Shown: positions 12,075 through 25,300 of the stretch, one piece after another
Layout: the number at the start of each line of letters is the position of its first letter
Position numbering within the stretch: position 1 is the stretch's first letter
From: Azolla caroliniana
Taxonomy: Eukaryota; Plantae; Polypodiophyta
Assembly (NCBI GenBank): GCA_043228905.1
Contig: JBHGNT010000004.1
Coordinates: 9,362,001 to 9,426,000 of the forward strand
Reading direction: 5' to 3'
Length of the DNA stretch: 64,000 nt
Position numbers and translations under genes: made by a program
The notes under the pieces: generated by a model
Told to the model about the DNA's origin: nothing
Seen by the model: only the letters and a program-made list of their open reading frames with translations
The model's database searches: none

Positions 12075-15000
12075 TATACGGAATGGTCGTACTATGATAG
12101 AATTATATGCCCCTTCACTCTCCCAAAGGGTAGTATTGCACGAAGGGTAGCTGTGACCGACAACAAGAATAAGGATACAAGATATTTGAAGGGTGATGGA
12201 AGGTAAGTACCTATAATAGCATAAGACACAATAAAATATATATACATTATAATAGCATAACACACAATATTCTTTTTTGTTTATGTTTTTGCCATTGTTA
12301 AAAACAAGAAATTGTTTTAGCCAAAAACAACACTTTTTGCTAGTGAATGCAGAGTAAGCATTGAAACTCTACAAGTTTCGCTACCACGGAAAGGTGGTAC
12401 TATGACAGAATTATATGCCCCCTTCACACTCCCAAATGGTAGTATTGCACGAAGGGTAGTTGTGACCGACAATAAGAATAAGGATACAAGAAATTTGAAG
12501 GGTGATGGAAGGTAAGTACTTATGATAGCATAAGACACAGTAAACATACACACATTATATTAGCATAAGACACAATATTCTTTCTTGTTTATGTTTTTGC
12601 CATTGTTAAAAACAAAAAATTGTTTTAGCCAAAACAACACTTTTTGCTGGTAAATGCAGAGTAAGCATTGAAACTCTAGGAGTTCCGCTACCATGGAAAG
12701 GTGGTACTATGACAGAATCATATGCCCCCTTCACACTCCTAAATGGTAGTATTGCACAAAGTGTAGCTGTGACCGACAACAAGAATAAGGATACAAGAAA
12801 TCTGAAGGGCGATGGAATGTAAGTACTTATAATAGCATAAGACACAATATTGCTTTTTGTTTATGTTTTTGCCATTGTTAAAAACAAAAAATAGTTTTAG
12901 CCAAAACAACACTTTTTGCTGGTGAATGTAGAGTAAGCATTGAATCTCTACAAGTTCAGCTACCACTAAAAGATGGTACTATGACAAAATCCTATGCCCT
13001 CTTCACACTCCCAAAGGGTAGTATTGCACGAAGTGTAGTTGTGACCGACAACAAGAATAAGGATAGAAGAAATTTGAAGGGCAATCGAATGTAAGTACTT
13101 ATAATAGCATAAGACAAAATTAAACATATATACATTATAATAGCATAACACAAAATATTCTTTTTTGTTTATGTATTTGCCATTCTTAAAAACAGAAAAT
13201 TGTTTTAGCCAAAACAACAGTTTTTTGCTGGTAAATGCAGAGCGAGCATTGAAACTCTACGAGTTTTGCTGGCACGGAATGGTGGTACTATGACAAAATC
13301 CTATGCCCCCTTCACACTCACAAAGGGTAGTATTGCACGAAGGGTAGCTATGACCGATAACAAGAATAAGGATACAAGAAATTTGAAGGGCTATGACAAA
13401 ATCCTATGCCCCCTTCACACTCACAAAGGGTAGTATTGCACGAAGGGTAGCTGTGACGGATAACAAGAATAAGGATAGAAGAAATTTGAAGGGTGATCGA
13501 ATGTAAGTACTTATAATAGCATAAGACCAAATTAAACATATATACATTATAATAGCATAACACAAAATATTCTTTTTTGTTTATGTATTTGCCATTCTTA
13601 AAAACAGAAAATTGTTTTAGCCAAAACAACAGTTTTTTGCTGGTGAATGCAGAGTGAGCATTGAAACTCTACGAGTTCTGCTGGCACGGAATGGTGGTAC
13701 TATGACAAAATCCTATGCCCCCTTCACACTCACATAGGGTAGTATTGCACGAAGGGTAGTTGTGACCGATAACAAGAATAAGGATACAAGAAATTTGAAG
13801 GGTTGTGACAAAATCCTATGCCTCCACACTTACAAAGGGTAGTATTGCACGAAGGGTAGCTGTGACGGATAACAAGAATAAGGATACAAGAAATTTGAAG
13901 GGCGATGAAAGATAAGTACTTATAATAGCATAAGACACAATAAAACATACATATATTATAATAGCATAACACAAAATATTCTTTTTTGTTTATGTTTTTG
14001 CCATTGTTCAAAACAAAAAATTATTGTAGCCAAAAAACACTTTTTGCTGGTGAATGCAAAGAAAGCATTGAAACTCTACGATTTCTGCTAACACGGAATG
14101 GTGGTACTATGATAAAATCCTATGCCCTCTTCACACTCACAAAGGGTAGTATTGCACGAAGGGTAGTTGTGACCGACAACAAGAATAAGGATACAAGAAA
14201 TTTGAAGGGCGATGGAAGGTAAGTACTTATAATAGAATAAGACACAATAAAAAATACATACATTATAATAGCAAAACAAAAAATATTCTTTTTTGTTTAT
14301 GTTTTTGCCATTGTTAAAAACAAAAAATAGTTTTAGCCAAAACAACACTTTTTGTTGGTGAATGTAGAGTAAGCATTGAAACTCTACGAGTTCTGTTACC
14401 ACGGAATGGTGGTACTATGACAAAATCCTATGCCCTCTTCACACTCCCAAAGGATAGTATTGCACAAAGGGTAGCTGTGACTAACAACAAGAATAAGGAT
14501 AGAAGAAATTTGAAGGGCAATGGAAGGTAGGTACTTTTAATAGGATAAGACACAATGAAACATTCATACATTATAATAGCATAAGACACAATATTCTTTT
14601 TTGGGTGGTGAATGCAAAGTGAGCACTGGAACTCTACGAGTTCAGTTGCCATGAAGGGAAAATACTTTTGCAAAATTGTTGGCCCCCATCACACTCACAG
14701 AGGGTAGTACTGCATGAAATTTGAAGGACGATGGAAGGTAAGTACTTATAGTAGGATAACACACAATAAGAGATACATACATTATAATAGCATAAGACAT
14801 AATATTCTTTTTTTTAATTATGTTTTTGCCATTGTTAAAAGCAAAAAATTGGTGGGAGAGGCAAAAGCGTATTGATTCTAAAGATGCTAAAGATTGTGTG
14901 GAGGAGGATGTTGTAGAAGTGGTGATGGAGACCAACTCTATGTTAGCAACTTTTGATATGTTTTGTGATCGTGGTGTTATTTTGTATTTCACCAGGAAAC

Positions 15001-16070
15001 TTCCTTTGGTATTATGGATTAAGCAGTGGTTAAATTCATTCATAATGCCCAATTGTGTTGAGGATATGTATGTGGTTCCAAGAGGTTTCTATAATGTAGT
15101 ATTGCAAGAAGGGTAGTTGTGACCGACAATAAGAATAAGGATACAAGAAATTTGAAGGGTGATGGAAGGTCAGTACTTATAATAGCATAAGACATAGTAA
15201 AACATACATACATTATAATAGCATAAGACACAATATTCTTTCTTGTTTATGTTTTTGCCATTGTTAAAAACAAAAAATTGTTTTAGCTAAAACAACACTT
15301 TTTGCTGGTAAATGCAGAGTAAGCATTGAAACTCTAGGAGTTCCGCTACCATGGAAAGGTGGTACTATGACAGAATCATATGCCCCCTTCACACTCCCAA
15401 ATGGTAGTATTGCACAAAGTGTAGCTGTGACCGACAACAAGAATAAGGATACAAGAAATCTGAAGGGCGATGGAATGTAAGTACTTATAATAGCATAAGA
15501 CACAATATTGTTTTTTGTTTATGTTTTTGCCATTGTTAAAAACAAAAAATAGTTTTAGCCAAAACAACACTTTTTGCTGGTGAATGTAGAGTAAGCATTG
15601 AATCTCTACGAGTTCAACTCCCACGGAAAGATGGTACTATGACAAAATCCTATGGCCCCTTCACACTCCCAAAGGGTAGTATTGCACGAAGTGTAGTTGT
15701 GACCGACAACAAGAATAAGGATACAAGAAATTTGAAGGGCGATGGAAGGTAAGTACTTATAATAGCACAAGACACAATAAAACATTCATACATTATAATA
15801 GCATAAGACACAATATTCTTTTTTGGGTGGTGAATGCAGAGTGAGCACTGGAACTCTACGAGTTCAGTTGCCATGAAGGGAAAATACTTTTGCAAAATTG
15901 TTGGCCCCCATCACACTCACAGAGGGTAGTACTACATGAAATTTGAAGGATGATGGAAGGTAAGTACTTATAGTAGGATAACACACAATAAGAGATACAT
16001 ACATTATAATAGCATAAGACACAATATTCTATTTTTTTTTATGTTTTTGACATTGTTAAAAGCAAAAAAT
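12075..16070. repeat. ~305-310-bp tandem satellite with higher-order duplications
   Basis: GGTGGTACTATGACA...CTTCACACTC...GTAGTATTGCAC recurs near 12085, 12393, 12700, 12973, 13281, 13692, 14100, 14407, 15358 and 15633. Confidence 0.9.
14850..15098 (+). mobile_element. Duplicated LINE ORF1 fragment (empty-site paralog)
   Basis: Matches the sequence on both sides of the 16277-24493 insertion, joined through a single TGAT. Confidence 0.85.
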
Positions 16071-16895
16071 TGGTGGGAGAGGCAAAAGTGTATTGATTCT
16101 ACAAAACATGAGAAAATATCATATGATGCTATTCTTGGTGGGAAAGATGTTATTGGAGATGATTATGATATTGATAGTAGTAGTGATTTTGTTAAGGCTT
16201 TGCTTTCTGATTTTATGGAAAAAACTGACAAAGATGCTAAAGATTGTGTGGAGGAGGATGTTGTAGAAGTGGTGATAATACCTTTGCATTCACAAGTGGA
16301 AGGATTGCGCATTCCACTTATAGATTCCTTTTATAATCTTGCGATTTTAGACAATTTCCAAAAACTTGATACACTAGTATCACATGTTTTAAATAGCATG
16401 TAAATTTTGCTAATTTTTTAAGATTTAACAAATTTCAAAATGATAATTTCTAAAATTGAATAGTTTAGGGATAATGTTTAAAGGTTGATGGTTTGTAGAT
16501 ATGAAATGTAGTTAACTTAAAGAAAATCACAATTATGGTCAACTCAAGGCACAAGTTAAGATTAATGGTTTCACCGTCTTGAGAAGATTAAGGTTACATC
16601 TATTGTTAGACTTGAAAATGTTTTAAGTATAAAAGGTAATATTGCAATCCTTAATGTCATCATCTATAAATTAGTGCTCATTAACATCCATAAATTCACA
16701 ACTCAAGAATTGTCGACAATATTTATAAACAATTTTGATAAATCCACAACTCCTAAAATGTAGACGATATTCATAAATTGTCAAACTTTAGATGTGAACA
16801 TTAATATATCAATTTGAACATAACACATAGTTATCAAGGTATCTACAATGTTATAATCTCCTTCCTTATAAGAATTCCCCTTCAAAATTTGTGAA

Positions 16896-19871
16896 GTAAA
16901 TGGCATTTGCAAAGTTCAATTTCCATCAACACAATTATTAATGGTTTTCTTCTAATAAATGAAGCACATATTTACCATAAGGTATCTTGTTCTGCAACAT
17001 ACATCTTTAAAAAACCTTTTTTATTTGAAAAACAACAAGAGTTTTAAACATGAACACGATATGTTGTATTGAATTGACGTAAAAAATAGAGATTTCATCA
17101 TAACTCTATACAATATATTGAATTCATGTTCAAAGTTTTTTTACCGGATTTAAAAAATAATAATAATAATAAATTAAGCTTGAGTTCATAGAAAAACCAG
17201 ATTTTTCATCACAATTCAATACAATGTATCGAGTTCATGTTTAAAGTAATTTTTTCTAATTTTTAAAAAAACATTTTCAATTTGTTTCAATTTTTTTTAT
17301 TTTTTATCAATTTTTTATTGTTTTTTTCAATTTTTTTTATTTTTTTATTTTTTATGGAAATAATAATAATTTTAAACATGAACTCGATACATTGTATCGA
17401 CTTGTGATAAAAACTCTGGTTTCTTCATCACTTATTAAAGCTCCAAAACAAAATTCTAAGACAGAGACGAAATTGGTACTAAGAGGGAAATATTAGTACT
17501 AAGAAGAATTTCAGGTGTAGAACACTTGAGAAAAGAAGAGAGAGAGAGAGAGTGAGAGAGAGAGAGGGACTGAGAGGGAATGATGATGACATGAGTTAAT
17601 CTACGGCGTATCGAGTTCATGTTGAAAAGCTAGCTTTTGTACATGCACTCAATACGCCTTTTCAACATGAACTCGAAACGGCGTATCGAGTTCATGTTTA
17701 AAGTTTTATTTTGGATTGTTTTTTTTAAATAATTACATTTTTTCCTATTTTCTTTTGGTATTTTCTTTTTTTTGCTAAAAAATTTTGAGCTTTAATAAGT
17801 GATGAAAATAATATTTCATATATTACAATATATGGTCTAATGGTCAAGAGCTTGACCCATGTAGCATAAGGTCATGGGTTCGAATCCTACCATATCATGA
17901 CATGAACTAAGCTAGCTTTTTTACATGAACTCGATACGCCTTTTCAACATGAACTCGATACGCCGTATCGAGTTCATGTTTAAAGTTTTATTTCGTATTT
18001 TCTTTAAAAAATAATTACATTTTTTCCTATTTTATTTTGGTATTTTGTTTTTTTTTCTAAAAAACTTTGAGCTTTAATAAGTGATGAAAATAATATTTTG
18101 TGTATTACTATGTATGGTCTAATTGTCAAGAGCTTGACTCATGTACCACAAGGTCATGGGTTCGAGTCCTACCATATCATGACATGAACTCGATACACCT
18201 TTTCCACATGAACTCGATACGGCGTATCGAGTTCATGTTTAAAGTTTTATTTCGGATTTCTTTTTAAAAATAATTACATTTTTTCCTATTTTATTTTGGT
18301 ATTTTCTTTTTTTTTCTAAAAAACTTTGAGGTTTAGTAAGTGATGAAAATAATATTTTATGTATTACAATGTATGGTCTAATGGTCAAGAGCTTGACCCA
18401 TGTGGCATAAGGTCATGGGTTTGAGTCCTACCATATCATGACATGAACTAAGCTAAACTTTTTACATGAACTCGATATGTCTTTTCAACATGAACTCGAT
18501 ACGCCGTATCGAGTTCATGTTGAAAAGCTAACTTTTTTACATGTACTCGATATGGCGTATCGAGTTCATGTTTAAAGTTTTATTTCAGATTTTTTTTTTA
18601 AAATAATTACATTTTTTCCTATTTTATTTTGGTATTTTGTTTTTTTTTCTAAAAAACTTTGAGCTTTAATAAGTGATGAAAATAATATTTTATGTATTAC
18701 AATGTATGGTCTAATGGTCGAGAGCTTGACCCATGTAGCATAAGGTCATGGGTTCTAGTCCTACCATATCATGACATGAACTAAGCTAACTTTTTTACAT
18801 GAACTCGATATGCCTTTTCAAGATGAACTCGATACGGCGTATTGAGTTCATGTTGAAAAGCTAACTTTTTAACATGAACCCGATACGCCGTATCGAGTTC
18901 ATCTTGAAAAGCTAAATTTTTTACATGAACCCGATACGGCGTATCGAGTTCATGTTGAAAAGCTAACTTTTTTACGTGAACTGGATACGGCGTATCGAGT
19001 TCATGTTTAAAGTTTTATTTCGGATTTTTTTTTTAAATAATTACATTTTTTCCTATTTTAGTATGGTTTTATTTTTTTTTTCTAAAAAGAAATTGAGTTT
19101 TAATAAGTGATAAAAATAATATTTTATGTATTACAATGTATGGTCTAATGGTCAAGAGCTTGACCTATGTAACATAAGGTCATGGGTTTGAGTCCTACCA
19201 TATCATGACATGAAAAGTTTAATTTTGGATTTTTTTAAAAAAATAATTACATTTTTTTCTATTTTATTTTGGTATTTTGTTTTTTTTCCTAAAACAAAAT
19301 TGAGCTTTAATAAGTGATGAAAAAACCAGAGCTTTTATCACAAGTCGATACAATGTTTCAAATTGATGTTTAAAAAATAAAACAAAATCAATAAAAAATT
19401 ATAAAAAATTGAAAAAAATTGAAACAAAATTGAAAACAATTAGAAAAAATTACTTTAAGCATGAACTCAATACATTATATCGAATTGTGATGAAAATTAT
19501 GGTTTTCTAGATGAACTCAAGCACAATTTATTATTATTATTATTTTTTAAATCCAGTAAAAAAAACTTTGAGGAAGAATTCAATACATTGTATGGAATTA
19601 TGATGAAAACTCTATTTTTTACATCAACTCGATATAACATATCGACTTAATGTTTAAAATCTTGTTGTTTTTCAAATAAAAGAGGTTTTTTAAACATGAA
19701 CTTGAATCGTACTAAAATGTTTGTTTTAACAAGAGAAAAATATGCATATCGATAGTGCAAACAAGTATGTTGTACAACAAGATACTTTATGGTGAACATG
19801 TGCATCATTGATTAACAAAAAACTATTAATAATTGTGTTGAGGGTAATTGAACCTTGCAAATGCCATTTAC
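16896..19871. repeat. Long inverted repeat (~540-bp arms) enclosing a ~290-bp tandem array of palindromes and tRNA-like units
   Basis: ~16896-17440 is roughly the reverse complement of ~19300-19871. Interior units carry CATGAACTCGATACGSCGTATCGAGTTCATG plus TATGGTCTAATGGT...GGTTCGAATCCTACCATA. Confidence 0.85.
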
Positions 19872-20945
19872 ATGGTCCATAAAGTGTTCGTGTGGTTCTT
19901 AATCACTACTTAATGTTAATCTTTATAGTTGGAATGAAGGATGACAACACAAGTATAACTCAGATGACAAGGAAACTTGCAAGAACTCAAGATGGGGATA
20001 TTAATAGCTACACTTGTAGATGGCCATGACCTAGGGTACCAATTCTACATTGGTAAAGTTTTGGACGTTGTCGTAGTGTATTTCGTACACTACGTGAAAA
20101 AGTAAAAATAATATAACCGATTTAATTACATATAAATAAATAAAATAATATATCAAGATATTTATCACGTGCATAGGGCAGGATTTGAACCTTGTACCTC
20201 CACGTAGCCAAACCTCAACTTTACCATTATGCTACCTTATCTTTAGTGTTCTACAAATAGATTTAATAACTATAAGTGCTTTATTTGCACCTACCTTTAT
20301 TAAAAGGTAAATCGTGCATTTTTAGAGTGCGTGAATATTTTATAGAAAAACGCAAGCAACTAAAAAGTGACTCATGCACATCTAGCGTGCATGAGCACTA
20401 TATTTAGCAAATAAAAGCAAGGATTAGAAAAGCATCACATGCACATTTAGTGTGCATGAACATATTAGAAAAAAAAAGCATGTAGCTATGCTTAGTCTCT
20501 CCCATCACTACATAAGGATGGGGAGCACAATGTAATAGGCGTGTGAAAAATATTTGGGAAATTGGATATATTTCCTAAAACACCAATTAATATAATCGTG
20601 GGATTCACGAAAATAATATAATCTATACTTGTGGGATTCACAAGTTTCTTATATCTTTCTTTCAATCTAAATACATATTCTTTTTTTTGTTGATTATTTT
20701 TCTATAATGATCAATCAATCTAAAATATTCGTGGGATTCACGAATTTGCTAAAATAATTCTCTCTTACTACCTATATATTGACTAAATATACTAAACTCG
20801 TGGGATTCACGAGATTCTTATCTTATAACTCTTTATACCTATTCTTTACTAGCCTAATTTGTATTTTTCTTTCTCCTAGTCCAAAACCTCGGCGGTTCCC
20901 ACCCGACTCACGCAAACGATCCGGAGCCGAAAGGCACGACATAGT

Positions 20946-20963
20946 TGGTGAACCCGACGTGAA
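20946..20963 (+). promoter_or_regulatory. Primer-binding site, tRNA-Trp
   Basis: TGGTGAACCCGACGTGAA is complementary to the 3' end of plant tRNA-Trp, as recalled. Confidence 0.85.
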
Positions 20964-20979
20964 GGCGGGTGGCAAGGAG

Positions 20980-22341
20980 ATGGAGAATCAACAAGAGGCG
21001 ATGAACATGATGATGATGATGTTCGAGCGGATGCTACAAGAACAACGAGTGATGTCGGAGATCACGGGGGCAGTAAAGCGGCTCGTACAACGAAACGGAC
21101 AATTCAACGGAAACGATGTGTCACGCTATCTACGTGACTACAAGGCGGAGATGATACGATGTGGGATACCAGAAGGATTGCAAGTGACATCCTTCAATCG
21201 GGTGGCCACGGATGAGCTACAAGAGAGAATCTACAAGATACGGCAACAAAATCCAACATGGGGGTCATTCGAAGAAGCTTTACGAGAGGCATATGATTAC
21301 AAGAGATCGAAGGGAAAAGATCGGCGAGAATTCGACGAATGGGTGGCATCGGAGAAGACCCACCGAAGTGCAACACAAGCATTCCTAGAGTTCGAGAATC
21401 GTTTTGCTCGACTCTCGGAGCGGGAACAACGATTGGTGGGAGAGGATAAAGTCCTAATGTTCGTAAGATCGATTGATCGGAAAGAAAGGAAGGACATCGG
21501 GATTGAACTCGAAGACGATGACGGTGCGAATGGTCTTACTGAGGATTGGGCCAAAGTCGAAAGGGTATGCCGGAGACATGATGAGAGGAAGATGAGAATC
21601 TTGTCAACGACATGGCCGATGAAGGATGGTCGATTGAAGACAAACGATGGAGCCGATATGAAGGCCGAAATACAACATGATGGTGCGACGGAAGAGGGTG
21701 TAAAACAAGCTACCCTCTTGTCTTGCGAAAGAACGACGACAAAGGATAAGGCTGATAACCCAAGTGTAGAAGAAGATTTCAGAATACAAGTGTCCGAAAC
21801 ATCGGGTGAAAAAGGGGTAAGCATAATTGATGCAGTGAAAGAGAGCAAAGAGGACTTGATTGAGGAGGTCGCCACGAAAGATGACATCGAATCGAAGGTG
21901 GCTATGGACGAATCAACGACGGATGGCCATATCGAGACTTCCCCACCACTGATTCTAGAGACTCCGGCAGTTGCGTTCGAAAGGCAACGTGAGACTGAAG
22001 AGACGGAAGGTGGCGGAGAGAAAACAAAGGTCGAAGTCGATGCATACGACGGAGAGATAGCCGAGAATATGGCTATGGGTGAAACAATGGAGGATGATAA
22101 TACCGAGGATTCCTACCCACTAATTCTAGAGACTTCGGCAGTTGTGTCCGAGAACCAACGTGAGACCGGAGAGACGGGAGGTGGCAGCAAGAAAGGTAAA
22201 GTCGGAAGCCGGTTTGGATGGAAGGTGATCCGGACGGGATTCCGATCCGAAAGAAAGCCGAACCGAAAGGAAGAGAATTCGGCCGAAAGACGACACAAAC
22301 GAAAGCCGAACCGGGCAAATGAGGATTCAGCCGAAAGATGA
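20980..22341 (+). CDS. Gag-like protein with long acidic C-terminal extension
   Basis: N-terminus (GQFNGNDVSRYLRDYKAEM ... GANGLTEDW) aligns with the Gypsy gag at 35553-34976 (GQFDGRNVTKFLYTYRREM ... QANGLVAD). Confidence 0.85.
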   Translation: MENQQEAMNMMMMMFERMLQEQRVMSEITGAVKRLVQRNGQFNGNDVSRYLRDYKAEMIRCGIPEGLQVTSFNRVATDELQERIYKIRQQNPTWGSFEEALREAYDYKRSKGKDRREFDEWVASEKTHRSATQAFLEFENRFARLSEREQRLVGEDKVLMFVRSIDRKERKDIGIELEDDDGANGLTEDWAKVERVCRRHDERKMRILSTTWPMKDGRLKTNDGADMKAEIQHDGATEEGVKQATLLSCERTTTKDKADNPSVEEDFRIQVSETSGEKGVSIIDAVKESKEDLIEEVATKDDIESKVAMDESTTDGHIETSPPLILETPAVAFERQRETEETEGGGEKTKVEVDAYDGEIAENMAMGETMEDDNTEDSYPLILETSAVVSENQRETGETGGGSKKGKVGSRFGWKVIRTGFRSERKPNRKEENSAERRHKRKPNRANEDSAER

Positions 22342-25300
22342 CCCGAAAGAAAGCCGACCCGAAAAGGGGTCGACTCGGTCAAAACCAATCGACTGAGTCT
22401 GACTTGGCCGAACGCGAATATGGATGGAAGCCGACCTAGCCGAAAGCCGATCGGACGAGACCGATCCGGAAAGAAGCTAATCCGACTCAATCGGAGGTTG
22501 GACCGGTCGAGGCTGGTGAAAACGAGGAAAAGAAAGCCAACCGAAACCGAAACCGATAGATCGAAACCGGGCCGGAAGGAGACCGACTCAATCGAAACCG
22601 AACAACCGATTCCGATTCGGCCGAATACGAATCCGATCGGAAGCCGATCAAACCGAAAGTCGATCGGACGAGAGTGATCCGGAAAAAAGTCAAGGTTGAT
22701 GAAGACAAGAAAGAGGCCAGTAAAAGACACTACCACGAATGACAAGGGCCAAGAATATGACGAGAGAGAACAAAGAATATGGTGGATCGGATGGCGACAA
22801 TGGTTCGGCTGGAAAGAATGGGTCTACTCAAACTGGAGAGACAAAGTTGACATAGCGGGACAAACGGAGGATGAAGGGGAGACAACGAGCATCGGCAACT
22901 TCGGCACATACCGGAGGATGTGCGGGTTCGGAGGGGGCGAGTGTCGTAGTGTATTTCGTACACTACGTGAAAAAGTAAAAATAATATAACCGATTTAATT
23001 ACATATAAATAAATAAAATAATATATCAAGATATTTATCACGTGCATAGGGCAGGATTTGAACCTTGTACCTCCACGTAGCCAAACCTCAACTTTACCAT
23101 TATGCTACCTTATCTTTAGTGTTCTACAAATAGATTTAATAACTATAAGTGCTTTATTTGCACCTACCTTTATTAAAAGGTAAATCGTGCATTTTTAGAG
23201 TGCGTGAATATTTTATAGAAAAACGCAAGCAACTAAAAAGTGACTCATGCACATCTAGCGTGCATGAGCACTATATTTAGCAAATAAAAGCAAGGATTAG
23301 AAAAGCATCACATGCACATTTAGTGTGCATGAACATATTAGAAAAAAAAAGCATGTAGCTATGCTTAGTCTCTCCCATCACTACATAAGGATGGGGAGCA
23401 CAATGTAATAGGCGTGTGAAAAATATTTGGGAAATTGGATATATTTCCTAAAACACCAATTAATATAATCGTGGGATTCACGAAAATAATATAATCTATA
23501 CTTGTGGGATTCACAAGTTTCTTATATCTTTCTTTCAATCTAAATACATATTCTTTTTTTTGTTGATTATTTTTCTATAATGATCAATCAATCTAAAATA
23601 TTCGTGGGATTCACGAATTTGCTAAAATAATTCTCTCTTACTACCTATATATTGACTAAATATACTAAACTCGTGGGATTCACGAGATTCTTATCTTATA
23701 ACTCTTTATACCTATTCTTTACTAGCCTAATTTGTATTTTTCTTTCTCCTAGTCCAAAACCTCGGTGGTTCCCACCCGACTCACGCAAACGATCCGGAGC
23801 CGAAAGGCACGACAACGTGATGATGTATTAAACGTTTGTAATACATCTATCACTGACATTAATGAGGTGGATATCATTATGTATGACTTTACACAAACAA
23901 AAGTTGGATGTATAAGGACAACAACGATATGCATAATAAAAGAGATATTAGCAAGTCTAGAAGATATCTCAGATTGAAGGCAAAGAAGATTTATTGCACA
24001 AAATCTGAAGATACCATTTGGTGAAGACAATGATTTGATTGGTACATTGGAAGATGAGGAGGAAGAGTCACAATTGTATATTATCTATAGTAGTGATTCT
24101 CATGAAAAGAATGATGATAGTCATCCAAATAACTCCCAAATGTATTTGTTGTGCAACTATATGTAACAAATTTAGACAACATTTTATCGAATGGAATAAA
24201 AACGTTCATTGTTTTGAAATATTCTACTTTGATTTCTTTAAGATCTAAAAACTTATTAGTTGTCATTTTTCTTTAAAAATCCACAAAGTTACTTTTCATA
24301 TTTTACCCAAATTTGGCATTTTTCAATTTTACCAAATGGTGAAATTTTCAACTTTTTCATCATGTTTTGGAGAACATGTGATACTAGTATCAAGATGTTT
24401 TGTGAAATGGCAAAAAAAAACCCAAAATCAAACGGAATATTCCTTATCCTTCCACTTGTGCGCGATCCTTCCACTTGTGAACGCAAACGTGTTTGATGGA
24501 GACCAACTCTATGTTAGCAACTTTTGATAGGTTCTGTGATCGTGGTGTTATTTTGTATTTCACTAGGAAACTTCCTTTGGTATCATGGATTAAGCAGTGG
24601 TTGAATTCATTCATAATGCCTAATTGTGTTGAGGATATGTATGTGGTTCCAAGAGGTTTCTATAATGTAGTTTTTCGATCCTCAGAACATTGTACGGCTT
24701 TGATGGCAAAGGTACCAATCTTTTTTGATAGAAGATTTGTGAATGTGATGCAATGGGTTCCAGTGCTAGATTATAAAGATTTAGTAAAATACACTGTCCA
24801 ATTCGGGTGACCGTTGATTGTAGCAACTCATTCTTTTGGGATTTACTGCAAGGATTGATGTCTCAAATTGGTAAAGTTTTGGTTGCAGCTCCTGTTAATT
24901 CGTTGAACAAATGTAGATTTTGCATGTTATGGGATACAAGTTGTAAACTTCCAAGATGGTTGAGTATCGATACATCTCGATTTGGTTGGTTTCGTTTTAA
25001 GCTTGAACGGGAAACTTTTGCAGGACATTGTTTAAAATGTGGTAATTTGGGGCATTTTATGGATGAATGCCAATATATGGTGAACTATCCCTAGAAAATA
25101 AGGAAGATGTTGAGAAGGACATGGTCATGATTATTCATGATTCGTTTTGTCCACATATTGACTATAATGATCCATATGGACGTTTTTTGGTGATGGAAGT
25201 CAAGTATTTTGAGGATTTGATATGGTTGGTAGGAATCTATGCACCCAATAATGCTAATCAATGCATTGAGTTATGGTCTTCAATCTATCCATGACTATTA

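Larger units (their letters stand above)
20069..23814 (+). mobile_element. Young non-autonomous gag-only Ty3/Gypsy-derived LTR element
   Basis: 873-bp LTRs (20069-20941, 22942-23814; TGTCG...CGACA; one difference spotted by eye), ACGT TSD, tRNA-Trp PBS, PPT GAGGGGGCGAG at 22931-22941, no pol. Confidence 0.95.
16277..24493 (+). mobile_element. Old non-autonomous relative of the Sola-like TIR transposon
   Basis: Degenerate TIRs (AATACCTTTGCATTCACAAGTGGAAGG ... CCTTCCACTTGTGAACGCAAACGTGTT) and TGAT TSD at 16273-16276 and 24494-24497. Decayed transposase C-terminus at ~19925-20068 and ~23819-24100 (DINEVDIIMYDFTQTK versus DISDVDIIVYDFTLTK). Confidence 0.9.

Noticed and set aside
12036-15895. Many similar 60-136 aa ORFs
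   Set aside because: They are translations of the ~308-bp satellite with no consistent frame or domain.
17831-17894. Functional tRNA gene
   Set aside because: No proper D-arm or 7-nt anticodon loop, and the tandem copies are decaying; kept only as tRNA-like.
21297-22745. Antisense ORFs of 196 and 210 aa in the gag-only element
   Set aside because: Low-complexity mirror frames of gag and the CCGA-rich tract with no recognisable domain.
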